Shown one piece after another: positions 35,751 to 44,636 of a DNA stretch of 64,000 nucleotides; position 1 is the stretch's first letter, and every line of letters starts with the position of its first letter. The translations under genes were made by a program, and so were the position numbers. This DNA is from a virus, in the IMG/VR virus record IMGVR_UViG_3300045988_142718. The stretch is one strand, 5' to 3'. Below the pieces are notes generated by a model. It did no database searches, had not been told where the DNA came from, and saw nothing but the letters and a program-made list of their open reading frames with translations.

Positions 35751-35980
35751 ATACAGAAACATTTTTCGTAACAGGGAGTAATGCCTATAACATCTTAGAG
35801 GTATTATTGGATAATGAATTCCTTTGGGACAAAGCCCAGTATAAATGTTATTATGGGTATTACATTAATGGTAAAACCAATAAAGTGATTGCCTTTGATA
35901 ACAGAACTGGGCATTGTAATACCGAAGAATTCGAAACTGTAGAACAAGCTAAAGAATGGTTAGGGTATGAAGACAATTGA
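35747..35980 (+). CDS. Hypothetical protein
   Basis: 77-aa ORF, coupled to the upstream gene. Confidence 0.45.
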   Translation: MNTETFFVTGSNAYNILEVLLDNEFLWDKAQYKCYYGYYINGKTNKVIAFDNRTGHCNTEEFETVEQAKEWLGYEDN

Positions 35981-36296
35981 TCACATCAAAAAGTATGGAT
36001 TGGATAAAAACAACAAAAGTTTATCCAAGTTAGAAAAGGATGAATTCTTTAAGGACTTAGAAAAAGAGCTCTTAGAAAGAATTCAAGAGAGGGAGAAAAA
36101 TTATCCTGGAGATTTGCCCTACAAAATCTTTCAGAATTTGGTTAAACAGGTTAATGATAAATTCTGGGCAATCTCAAATAAGAAAAAAGGAATTGCTTTT
36201 ACCTTCGAATTATGGAATGCCTTTTTTGCAATCAAGGTAATTCCTATTCGAAATAAATATTTCCCAGAAATGGAGAAATTTAAACATAAAAAGTAA
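35967..36296 (+). CDS. Hypothetical protein
   Basis: 109-aa ORF. Confidence 0.5.
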   Translation: MKTIDHIKKYGLDKNNKSLSKLEKDEFFKDLEKELLERIQEREKNYPGDLPYKIFQNLVKQVNDKFWAISNKKKGIAFTFELWNAFFAIKVIPIRNKYFPEMEKFKHKK

Positions 36297-36303
36297 AATT
36301 ACA

Positions 36304-36341
36304 GCAGAGCTCGAGACTAACCTTGAAGGCTCTGCTTTTTT
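36304..36341 (+). terminator. Rho-independent terminator
   Basis: GCAGAGC / GCTCTGC stem followed by TTTTTT. Confidence 0.6.
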
Positions 36342-36361
36342 AATCCTTAAATATCACAGAT

Positions 36362-36646
36362 ATGAAACTTTCAGGGCAACACATTAATGAGGCTTGGCTA
36401 TACATTGTTACCAAGACAGTTCTTCTCACTAAAATAGGAGAAAATAAAGAAGTAAACATGGATGTTCAAATCACTGGTAACAGTTTAATAATTAAAATAT
36501 TGGACTACAGAGAAATCATTGAACCCAACTACTTCGAAAATCTTAAGGAAGAACTTCAAAGATTCAAATCAGAGTATGAAAACCTTCTAATCAGAGAAAC
36601 TTCGATAGGAAACGAACATAGGTATCTCATAACATTAATCCCATAA
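36362..36646 (+). CDS. Hypothetical protein
   Basis: 94-aa ORF. Confidence 0.5.
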   Translation: MKLSGQHINEAWLYIVTKTVLLTKIGENKEVNMDVQITGNSLIIKILDYREIIEPNYFENLKEELQRFKSEYENLLIRETSIGNEHRYLITLIP

Positions 36647-36650
36647 AATT

Positions 36651-37001
36651 ATGCAAATAAATGATATATTTACAGACCTTCATGGTAACCAATATGAAAT
36701 AATGGATTTCCATGTTTTGGGCCCAGATTATCCACTATTCCAGGATAACAGGGATGCCATACTCACATCATCTACTCAAGATGAACATATTAACCTTATC
36801 ATAAGAGGAAATGATCAACTTATCATATATAATGAACATCATAAAGTATATTGGATGTATGACATCAAGTTTATTCAACATTTTGATAAATTTGACATAA
36901 GAAAGGGTTTTTACAATGAAAAGAATACCAAGGGTAACAGGTCTAACCGCAATGATGGTAGAATATCATCAAACAGTAAGTCCAGAAATAAAAGACGTTA
37001 A
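36651..37001 (+). CDS. Hypothetical protein
   Basis: 116-aa ORF. Confidence 0.45.
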   Translation: MQINDIFTDLHGNQYEIMDFHVLGPDYPLFQDNRDAILTSSTQDEHINLIIRGNDQLIIYNEHHKVYWMYDIKFIQHFDKFDIRKGFYNEKNTKGNRSNRNDGRISSNSKSRNKRR

Positions 37002-37767
37002 GAAGAAGAACATCATTACCCATGTAGTAAATCAATGGGCACTTAATAATGGATTACTTTGTGGAGTAATCCATAATCCTTCATCATTAGCTTCATATCT
37101 GGGATGCGATATTGAGGATATCAATATGGTCCTAAGAGAAAGGTTATTAAATAATCGAATCTGGGATAAACAAAATCAAGAAGAGATATTAAATGCCATT
37201 ACTGGTATGTCCATCAGTATGGCAATGGAAGATCGAATGGAAGCTGCTTCTCAAGTAGAAATATTAAAAAGATCCCAGGGAGATCACTATGTACCTTTCA
37301 TATCTGCAGAACTTAGACAAGCTTTAGATTTGAAGATGAAAGCTGGAGCACAATTATCTTCAATGATTAAGAATATCATGGGTGGTACAACTAATGTCTT
37401 CAATATTAACAATCAAAGTTCTGCTGGAGTAATGGAGCAAAACAACTTTGTTACTAAAGAAGATGCTCTAAAAATCTTAGAGGAAGAACATACTAAACAG
37501 AAAGAATCTTTTAATGAAAAGGATGCTAAATTCTTAGAAGAACATTATGAGTTAGATGCTTTGCCAGATGTATCTGCTAAGACTCAACAAGGATTGGATG
37601 TAACTAAGGAAGGTCTGGATGCAGTAAAGACAGAGCTTATTCAGATTACAGATAATTATAAGATACATAGGGAAGAACCTGAAGATGTGGATTTTCATGA
37701 GATCCGAAGAGAATTAGAAATGAACATAGATTCAGAAGACGATCCAGAAATGGACAACTATAATTAA
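36916..37767 (+). CDS. Hypothetical protein with acidic C-terminus
   Basis: 283-aa ORF. Start uncertain because it overlaps the upstream ORF by 86 nt. Confidence 0.5.
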   Translation: MKRIPRVTGLTAMMVEYHQTVSPEIKDVKKKNIITHVVNQWALNNGLLCGVIHNPSSLASYLGCDIEDINMVLRERLLNNRIWDKQNQEEILNAITGMSISMAMEDRMEAASQVEILKRSQGDHYVPFISAELRQALDLKMKAGAQLSSMIKNIMGGTTNVFNINNQSSAGVMEQNNFVTKEDALKILEEEHTKQKESFNEKDAKFLEEHYELDALPDVSAKTQQGLDVTKEGLDAVKTELIQITDNYKIHREEPEDVDFHEIRRELEMNIDSEDDPEMDNYN

Positions 37768-37912
37768 ATGTTTTACATACATCATTAACAAAAACAAATT
37801 TCGTTGTTTTAGCATTTTAGTAATTATGTTATGCGTTCAAGAACAGTAATGTTAACCTAAATCTTGATGCTCGTTTTATACGTTAATAATCTTATTATTC
37901 GACACTGGAACT

Positions 37913-37937
37913 GGGTAGTTGGGAAACTACCCTTTTT
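37913..37937 (+). terminator. Rho-independent terminator
   Basis: GGGTAG-TTGGGAAA-CTACCC followed by TTTTT. Confidence 0.65.
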
Positions 37938-37998
37938 CGTAGATATCCAGCTACTCTTACCATCCTATTTAAATTTTGCGTATTAAATACAAATAAAG

Positions 37999-38008
37999 TA
38001 TATTTGCA
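37999..38008 (+). promoter_or_regulatory. TATATTTGCA promoter element
   Basis: 32 nt upstream of the ATG at 38041. Confidence 0.6.
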
Positions 38009-38040
38009 AATAAAATATTAATCATTAAAAAACAAAAACG

Positions 38041-38499
38041 ATGACTTCATCACAGATTACATTACTCAAGCAACTGATAGATTCTACAGATTATAGAGTC
38101 TATGTAAAACTCAATGGAAAAAGAGAATTAGCTACTCAACTAAGAATTGGATCAAAGAAATCCCAAGCAATCCTTCAATGTTACAGCTTTTCATGCAATC
38201 CATATCAATTAACTACATCAATGGTTGATATCTACAGAGTGAGTAGACCTTTAGAATTCTTTTCATCTAATGGGAACAACACATTAAACTTTCAAGGATT
38301 AACCTGGCTTTGTATTAAACAAAGAGAAGTAAGGCCCGGAGATATCTTACTAGATGCAAAGAACTTAAAAGATACCTATTTAGCTACTACAATGGTATCA
38401 GAAGTAGATAACACAATCTTTGCTTTTTGCCCTATTCAAAAAGAAATCATCTCCTTGATATACATTGAAGATGTAGTGGCTATTAGGGCTGTTTTTTAA
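38041..38499 (+). CDS. Hypothetical protein
   Basis: 152-aa ORF with its own promoter. Confidence 0.55.
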   Translation: MTSSQITLLKQLIDSTDYRVYVKLNGKRELATQLRIGSKKSQAILQCYSFSCNPYQLTTSMVDIYRVSRPLEFFSSNGNNTLNFQGLTWLCIKQREVRPGDILLDAKNLKDTYLATTMVSEVDNTIFAFCPIQKEIISLIYIEDVVAIRAVF

Positions 38500-38545
38500 G
38501 CCCAAATTAATAATGTAAATATATTTGTATTTAAAATATAATGTA

Positions 38546-38555
38546 TATATTTGCA
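38546..38555 (+). promoter_or_regulatory. TATATTTGCA promoter element, preceded by the variant TATATTTGTA at 38520-38529
   Basis: 49 nt upstream of the ATG at 38605. Confidence 0.55.
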
Positions 38556-38604
38556 TTGTCGAATAAAAATAAAATTTATTAATCATTTAAATGCAATTAC
38601 AAAT

Positions 38605-38910
38605 ATGGTATCTGAGTATCAATTCAACAGTCAAGAAGTCTGCATATTTCCTAAAGAAAATGGGCTTTACATTATCTCAGTAATTCGCTATTACTACACA
38701 AGGAAAAATCATTCCGAACCTAAACTTACAAGCGAATCAAATTGGAGATGGGAAACCAATTGCAAGGAACTTGTGCTCAAACTTCAATCTAATAACATTA
38801 GAACGAGGGCTTTTACTCAACAGCTAATTGTATTGGCTAAACAATTTGGAATATTAACTCATAAAAATTACACAAATCATGCTAAGGATTATATCAAACA
38901 GGGATTCTAA
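38605..38910 (+). CDS. Hypothetical protein
   Basis: The track start at 38551 lies inside the promoter; the first ATG is at 38605 (MVSEYQF...). Confidence 0.5.
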   Translation: MVSEYQFNSQEVCIFPKENGLYIISVIRYYYTRKNHSEPKLTSESNWRWETNCKELVLKLQSNNIRTRAFTQQLIVLAKQFGILTHKNYTNHAKDYIKQGF

Positions 38911-39139
38911 TTCAGTTACAGTACAAGCTTTGGATAAAAATGCTCAAGAGATCCTATTAAGAGCATTCCTGGATGAATCAAGAACAGATTGTACCGGACA
39001 CTCATGGCATTTCAAGGATGCCTATGTATACTACGAGAATCAAATAGTAACCATAGTTTCTTCAAAAGATTCTAGGGATAAGTATCAGAAGAAGCTATTC
39101 GTTACTTCATTAGTTAACACAATAATTGAATTCAGATGA
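38879..39139 (+). CDS. Hypothetical protein
   Basis: 86-aa ORF. Confidence 0.45.
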   Translation: MLRIISNRDSNSVTVQALDKNAQEILLRAFLDESRTDCTGHSWHFKDAYVYYENQIVTIVSSKDSRDKYQKKLFVTSLVNTIIEFR

Positions 39140-39636
39140 AAGTAAAACAATTCATAGGATTAATGATACTAGCTCTCTCCCCAATGGGAGCTGGTATCCT
39201 TTATGCTCTTTATCAAACAGAGTTTAAGCCAAATGCAAATCATGCTCACTACACTTGGCCTAATGGAGAAGTAAAAACAGAAAGAGAAGTAACTCTAACG
39301 GATGAAGAAAAGAGGCTCATAGTTCAAGATGGCATTTTAAAAGCATATGAATTACATACTGAAAGTATCATTACAAGATTAAAGGATGAGATTCAGATAA
39401 TTAAGGATTCAGGAGAAAATTCTAGCGATATTAAATCTGGAAGACTAGAATATTTGCAACATAATCTAATCTATGCCACTAGAATTAAAAAACTTATCGA
39501 AAAGATGAGAGATACTGGATTAGATTATACAAAAGAGGTAGAAATCCAGGTAGAACTTCAAGAGAGAAACCAATATAATTATGAACAAGGTAAATATAAA
39601 CAATCGAACGTATGCCGAAAAGAAATAAAATGGTGA
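39136..39636 (+). CDS. Membrane-anchored hypothetical protein
   Basis: N-terminal helix FIGLMILALSPMGAGILYALY. Confidence 0.5.
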   Translation: MKVKQFIGLMILALSPMGAGILYALYQTEFKPNANHAHYTWPNGEVKTEREVTLTDEEKRLIVQDGILKAYELHTESIITRLKDEIQIIKDSGENSSDIKSGRLEYLQHNLIYATRIKKLIEKMRDTGLDYTKEVEIQVELQERNQYNYEQGKYKQSNVCRKEIKW

Positions 39637-39941
39637 AATTCCTCCAAGAGGTAAAACCAATCATAGAAGACATCAAAATCATGGGTTATAAGAACTCAAC
39701 AAAGAACCTAATAGGTAAAATGGAGATTTCTATTAAGGTTGAAAACAAGAATGATCTTTTAGATCTCCAGGTTGAACATCTTCCCAATGTGGATAAAGAA
39801 CATTTCGAATACAAGGGCAACAAGGGCAATGATTTAGTCCTTATCACAATGTACTTCAATAATTATGATGAAAGGAATACTTGGTCACAACATTGGAAAG
39901 AATACCCTTCAATCGAATCATTCCTAACAGGGCAAGCCTAA
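39612..39941 (+). CDS. Hypothetical protein
   Basis: 109-aa ORF. Confidence 0.5.
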   Translation: MPKRNKMVKFLQEVKPIIEDIKIMGYKNSTKNLIGKMEISIKVENKNDLLDLQVEHLPNVDKEHFEYKGNKGNDLVLITMYFNNYDERNTWSQHWKEYPSIESFLTGQA

Positions 39942-39956
39942 CAAGCTTGCCTTTTT
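39931..39956 (+). terminator. Rho-independent terminator
   Basis: GGCAAGC / GCTTGCC stem followed by TTTTT. The stop codon lies in the loop. Confidence 0.65.
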
Positions 39957-39993
39957 AATTTAATAAAATAGTATGCAGTATTAAAAATAATAT

Positions 39994-40029
39994 TTATATT
40001 TGCATTGTAATATTAATCATATAAAAAAT
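39994..40029 (+). repeat. 36-bp exact direct repeat (promoter cassette), copy 1
   Basis: TTATATTTGCATTGTAATATTAATCATATAAAAAAT, identical to 43004-43039. Contains TATATTTGCA 33 nt upstream of the ATG at 40038. Confidence 0.9.
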
Positions 40030-40037
40030 GTAATAAC

Positions 40038-40379
40038 ATGGAACCAAGAGAGCTTATTTACAACGTTTACAAAAACATTGTCTCTATCAAAAATTCATTT
40101 GATGACACAAACCTTTGGTGCAACCCATATAAAATAATCCAGGGATTAACTCCTATGACTCCGGGATATGTTATTTCAATGGGATATACTCCTCACATTG
40201 ATATAGAGGAATACCTTTCAGAAGAGTTCATGGAGAAGCTTAAGCTCTGCTTTCAGAAATATCAGAAAGATGCAATCATTTGGATGGTAAATCATCCAAG
40301 TATGTTTCAAGTAAGGGTATACGTATATCCTTTACCAAATTTTCCCAAACAATCAACAGTTTTATTATCAAATCAATAA
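40038..40379 (+). CDS. Hypothetical protein
   Basis: 113-aa ORF with its own promoter. Confidence 0.55.
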   Translation: MEPRELIYNVYKNIVSIKNSFDDTNLWCNPYKIIQGLTPMTPGYVISMGYTPHIDIEEYLSEEFMEKLKLCFQKYQKDAIIWMVNHPSMFQVRVYVYPLPNFPKQSTVLLSNQ

Positions 40380-40461
40380 AAACATTCATCATTATGGCAA
40401 CAACAGCAACTCAAATCTGCGGAGCAACAAATATTATTATTAACGAAAAAGCATAAAAGCT

Positions 40462-41094
40462 ATGACAACAAAAGAAATCAAAAACTGGGAATGGATCAAA
40501 TCAGTAGAGGTCCAATATATGGGATTCTTAACCCAATATTTAGGAACTGCAACCGATAGTAAGGGATTTGTTGAACTAATGAAACAACTTAGATTAGATG
40601 AAGCAATAGCTTACCTAAAAGATGACCTTGGAAAAGGTAGTTCAGAACCAAGCTATTACAAATTCCAATTCTATACCAAAACAATGCAGTTCACAAAAGA
40701 AGAAGAGTTCTGGGAAGCTATTAGTAAGGGTTCAATACCCGAAATCGAACAACTAAAAGGAAAGGAATTACTGGATACTTTAGAAGCTCTAAGAACCATT
40801 CTCCATCCAACAGTAAGAGCATTACTAGAATCCTATATAATAGATATGGTAATGCCCATACCAGGAATTATTTCCTTCTTATTGATAGTGAAACCCAAAC
40901 AAGAAATTGAGCCAGGCACAATAATGTTTCGTATCAGATATCTGATGGAAGGATGTATAGACCATGAGCCAACACCACTACTCAAGGAATATCATATCCA
41001 CCTAAACGCTCAACCAAAAGAAGGCCAAGAAAATCCCTTTATAACACAAATCATATTAATATCAAAGAAATTAACTACCATCACAATCAAATAA
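40462..41094 (+). CDS. Hypothetical protein
   Basis: 210-aa ORF, the last gene before the ORF-free region. Confidence 0.55.
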   Translation: MTTKEIKNWEWIKSVEVQYMGFLTQYLGTATDSKGFVELMKQLRLDEAIAYLKDDLGKGSSEPSYYKFQFYTKTMQFTKEEEFWEAISKGSIPEIEQLKGKELLDTLEALRTILHPTVRALLESYIIDMVMPIPGIISFLLIVKPKQEIEPGTIMFRIRYLMEGCIDHEPTPLLKEYHIHLNAQPKEGQENPFITQIILISKKLTTITIK

Positions 41095-41819
41095 TAATCA
41101 TTATCCTTAACTATGAAAAGGTTTACATTTCCCACCAACAAACACAATTTAAATCAAAGCTCATCATACTTCAAGGATAATAAAAGAATCCCTTACACTC
41201 ATCCAAAAAACAATGATCATAGAATAAGGATTATATAATCACATACATTAGGATCCCAAAAAACACAAACAAAAAAGAAATCGAATAAATAAATCCCAGT
41301 TCTATGATATAAATAATCCAATAATCCCCATATCACAAGGATTATATACCCATAACCCAAAACAACACCTAAAAAAGAAAATCATAAGTCAATGATAATA
41401 TATAAACCCATTATCACATAAAGCCAATGATCACCTACAACACAAACAAAATAAAAATCATCATATGAGATATCCTTGATATTATCCTAGATCCCAAAAA
41501 ACAAACATAATCCTAAAGATAACGCATAAAGGGATATCATATCAATGATAATATAATCCCTATCCTTATCACCAAAAACCAAACACATAAAAATAAAATC
41601 CCCATTATAACAATGATAAAAGGAATCCTATATATAACCTACATACAAAAAATAAAAAATAATAAAGGTATATATAATAGGATTAAATAAAATATGAAAT
41701 ACATATCAAATACACTATCAAATAGAAGCTATATAACATGGGTATAACACGGGGGCGAAATTTACTCGATAGCACGAACTATACATACGTATCTCTAAAC
41801 CATAGAGTTTTCAAGTTTT

Positions 41820-41896
41820 AAGGCCCTAAAATTTGCATACGTGTTGTGTACATTTTTTCGAAAAATTAGGTCTGGGATTTGAGGATTTAGGGCCTT
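41820..41896 (+). repeat. 11-bp inverted repeat with 55-nt spacer in the core, followed by a T-run
   Basis: AAGGCCCTAAA (41820-41830) / TTTAGGGCCTT (41886-41896). The spacer contains AAATTTGCAT and GGTCTGGGAT. Confidence 0.75.
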
Positions 41897-41961
41897 TTTT
41901 ACCCTAAAACGTCAACTTAGCTCACTTTTAGCACTTTTGACTTTTTTAACCCATTTTTTAC

Positions 41962-41987
41962 AAACATATCCAAAACATATCCAAAAC
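41962..41987 (+). repeat. 11-bp tandem repeat, about 2.4 copies (AAACATATCCA)
   Basis: Read directly from the sequence; the period is about one helical turn. Confidence 0.8.
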
Positions 41988-43003
41988 TGTACTTTTTTTC
42001 GAGCACAAGTTAAAAATAGCCGGCTTTAGAAAAAAATATCAAACTCTCAACTTCAAGATTTTAGGATAAATTTTAGGGTTATCTATGGATAAATTAAAAT
42101 CACAATCGAAGCTAAAAACAATGTCTTTTATTTATTAATCTAGAACATAATAGAGGGTAATCTTTCTAGTTACTTAGAATTAAAGTAAAATTTACTAGAG
42201 GTATGTTAAATTAAATATTTAATCGAAAGTCTGGGATTATGATAAAATTCGATGATTATTATAAAATGATTGCCTTGAATTCGATGATTTTTAATAAATT
42301 TGGTTCAATGATTCGATGATTTTATTAAATCCTTGATCTGGGATAATGATTTTATTATAACCCTTATTATTATATTATATATAATATATAGGATTATGTT
42401 CTGTGTTCTGAGATTATTATAATCCTTGATTCGATGATATGTTATCATATTATATAAGCTTTGTGTTTTCTTTTGTAGGATCTGTTTTCATAGCTCTTAT
42501 TATATTATTATATAATATAAGGGATATGATTATAATCCTTGATCTGTGATCTGATGATGTTTTATATTATATTATATTATTATATATATATGATTATTAT
42601 TATATATATGATTATTATTAATTTTTTGATAGAAGCTTGTTTTTGGGCTATATTGGAGCTATGTTGATTTTTTTAGGGCCTTATTATATATAATATATAT
42701 TATAATAGGATAATTATAATAGGATAAGGATTTTATTCGATGATCCTATGTACATTGTGTTCAAGGATATTTTTATTTTTCGATGTGTTTTTTGGGCTAA
42801 CCAAGAAGGTATAGGATTTGGCTCAAGGCTTTAAGTATAATATAATAAGGCCTTAGATCATTGTGTCCATTTAATTCGATGTAAGGATTCAAGGCCTTAT
42901 TATATACCATGGATGGCCCTAAGTTTAAATAATCTTTCGAAGTGAGCCTTGAATCAGAGCCCAAATTTTATATGCGTATTATATTATATATAATATATAA
43001 TGA

Positions 43004-43039
43004 TTATATTTGCATTGTAATATTAATCATATAAAAAAT
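43004..43039 (+). repeat. 36-bp exact direct repeat (promoter cassette), copy 2
   Basis: Identical to 39994-40029. TATATTTGCA at 43005-43014, 34 nt upstream of the ATG at 43049. Confidence 0.9.
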
Positions 43040-43048
43040 TATTGCCCT

Positions 43049-43456
43049 ATGAACACAACAGATCAGTTATTTAATAACACAATCCTATTCCAGGATACAG
43101 AGAACATCGAAGGAACAGTAAAAAATGTTTATCTGAGACAATTCTTTTATGAATCCTTAGGAATGGATGATCCTAGAGGTTATAATCTTTGGTCAAGGAT
43201 TTTTAATCGCTTTTCTAAAGTTGATTCTAGTATGGTTCGAATTTTACCTAATGATCCTGAGAAATTAGTTTGGTTCTTAGAATTATCGATTACAGATAAC
43301 AGAGACCAAATTATATCGGAGAATTATGATAAGGCATTATCCTTCTATAAGGAAACATTAAATGAAATCCAAGATTACCTTGACCTATCTAATGCCTTTC
43401 AATATATAGGATTGGGTAATACGAAATTATATATCACATTCATAGCTGAAATTTAA
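43049..43456 (+). CDS. Hypothetical protein
   Basis: The track start at 43010 is inside the promoter; the first ATG is at 43049 (MNTTDQLF...). Confidence 0.55.
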   Translation: MNTTDQLFNNTILFQDTENIEGTVKNVYLRQFFYESLGMDDPRGYNLWSRIFNRFSKVDSSMVRILPNDPEKLVWFLELSITDNRDQIISENYDKALSFYKETLNEIQDYLDLSNAFQYIGLGNTKLYITFIAEI

Positions 43457-43549
43457 TGCTAGCCTGTTCGATACATCGAATACTAATTATCTTATGAAAA
43501 TAAATCTTAATCATACTCAATAGGAATATTACTCTAATCAAATCTGTAT

Positions 43550-43586
43550 AAGGTAGCTCGCTTGGGATAAGTAGGCTACCTTTTTT
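43550..43586 (+). terminator. Rho-independent terminator
   Basis: AAGGTAGC / GCTACCTT stem followed by TTTTTT. Confidence 0.6.
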
Positions 43587-43935
43587 ATTTGTGTTCTTTT
43601 ATCTTTACTTTGTAAAACCTGCTAGCTAAGGCCTTAATTCTTTGAGCCCATCCTACTTTCAGGATATCTTTATACGATATATTATATAAAACCTGCTAAC
43701 CAAGCGTAAGGCCCTGTAAGCCCAAAAGGCCATAATAATCTCCATTGATGGCCCTAAATAAAGGCCTTCAAAAACCAGCCAACTAAGGCCTTGATTTTTT
43801 AGGCAGGTAGGTAGGTAATGATGAAGGCAGGGTGATGGTGAGCAATGATATTTTAATAAATAAAATCTATTTGTTTAATAGAAAAATTCAATAAAAATTT
43901 TTCTCAAAATATTTTTGTATTTAAAAAATTCATTG

Positions 43936-43945
43936 TATATTTGCA
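43936..43945 (+). promoter_or_regulatory. TATATTTGCA promoter element
   Basis: 45 nt upstream of the ATG at 43991. Confidence 0.6.
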
Positions 43946-43990
43946 ATACAGAAAAACAAATAAAACGTATCACTTTAAAAATTAAAAGTC

Positions 43991-44506
43991 ATGAATGCAA
44001 ATGTAAATGAAAATGTGTTATTAAATGGAGTAAACAACAATGTAGAAGAATCTGCAAAAGTTGAAAAAAAGAAAACACAAAAAACAACTGCAAAAAAGAG
44101 CACAAAAAAAGAAAGTGCAAAAGTAGAAAAAAAAGAAATAGAAAAAATTTCTTTTTCCAAATTACTCGAAACATTGGACACAACGGGATTGCATACCAAT
44201 TCAGGTTTAAAGAAAGAGAATCTATATAACTCTTCCATTTATGCGGATTGTTTAACAGATAAAGATAAAAAGTCTGTTAGACGCAAAATTCGTAATCTTT
44301 TGGACAATTTTATAGGAAGCATTATTCGTTCAGAAAAGAATAAAACAATTTGCGAAAATCATTGCAAACAATTCAAATTATTTTATGAGCAAGTTTATAG
44401 AATAAATGATTTTTCCGTAGAAAGTTTAGTTTCTAATAATACAGATGAATTAAAAAAAGAGAATTTAAAGAAAATGCTTGAAATTGTAAAAAAGAATTTG
44501 AAATGA
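43991..44506 (+). CDS. Lysine-rich protein, YxYP...KxFRxKxR paralogue
   Basis: SAKVEKKKTQKTTAKKSTKKESAKVEKKE N-terminus. Motif SSIYADCLTDKDKKSVRRKIRNLL. Own promoter and strong terminator. Confidence 0.6.
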   Translation: MNANVNENVLLNGVNNNVEESAKVEKKKTQKTTAKKSTKKESAKVEKKEIEKISFSKLLETLDTTGLHTNSGLKKENLYNSSIYADCLTDKDKKSVRRKIRNLLDNFIGSIIRSEKNKTICENHCKQFKLFYEQVYRINDFSVESLVSNNTDELKKENLKKMLEIVKKNLK

Positions 44507-44595
44507 AAAAAGAAAAAATAAAAGAGTGCATAATATTTGCACTCTTATTCCTTATATATATTTGGTGTTGCTGTAATTCATAAATAATAATAAAG

Positions 44596-44636
44596 AGAGT
44601 ATATTTTTGTCCCCTATAAAATATACTCTTTTTTTG
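44596..44636 (+). terminator. Strong rho-independent terminator
   Basis: 12-bp stem AGAGTATATTTT / AAAATATACTCT followed by a T-run. Confidence 0.7.

Larger units (their letters stand above)
41095..43003. other. ORF-free repeat-dense region: A/C-rich left arm, GC-richer core, T/G-rich right arm
   Basis: No ORF of 60 aa or more in any frame. Short boxes are dense (CAATGAT, TTCGATGAT, AGGAT/ATCCT, CCAAAAAACA mirrored by TGTTTTTTGG). See findings. Confidence 0.85.

Noticed and set aside
37770-38040. tRNA or other small RNA gene in the 270-bp gap after 36916-37767. Also considered for 41740-41820 and 43457-43550.
   Set aside because: No acceptor/T-arm arrangement or GTTCRANYC-type T-loop with a matching stem could be folded by eye. 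The region is explained by a terminator hairpin plus a promoter. A tRNAscan/Infernal run would settle it.
40394-40456. 20-aa mini-ORF (MATTATQICGATNIIINEKA), and also a 41-aa ORF at 41114.
   Set aside because: Both are too short to support from sequence alone and have no promoter or other context signal. They are left unannotated.
41405-41575. DnaA-box-like words (TTATCACAT, TTATCACCA) in the left arm as evidence for a host-DnaA-dependent origin.
   Set aside because: Neither matches the 9-mer consensus TTATNCACA without a gap or mismatch, and such words are expected in A/T/C-rich sequence.
41114-41700. Possible coding region read with a reassigned stop codon, as seen in some gut phages.
   Set aside because: The best frame is interrupted by all three stop codons (TAA, TGA and TAG) every 5-40 codons, and its translation is low-complexity. 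The late genes elsewhere are intact in the standard code.
41095-43003. Possible CRISPR-like array or regularly spaced tandem repeat in the ORF-free region.
   Set aside because: The repeated boxes are short (7-10 bp) and irregularly spaced. No repeat-spacer periodicity of 25-40 bp units is visible, and no cas genes are present.
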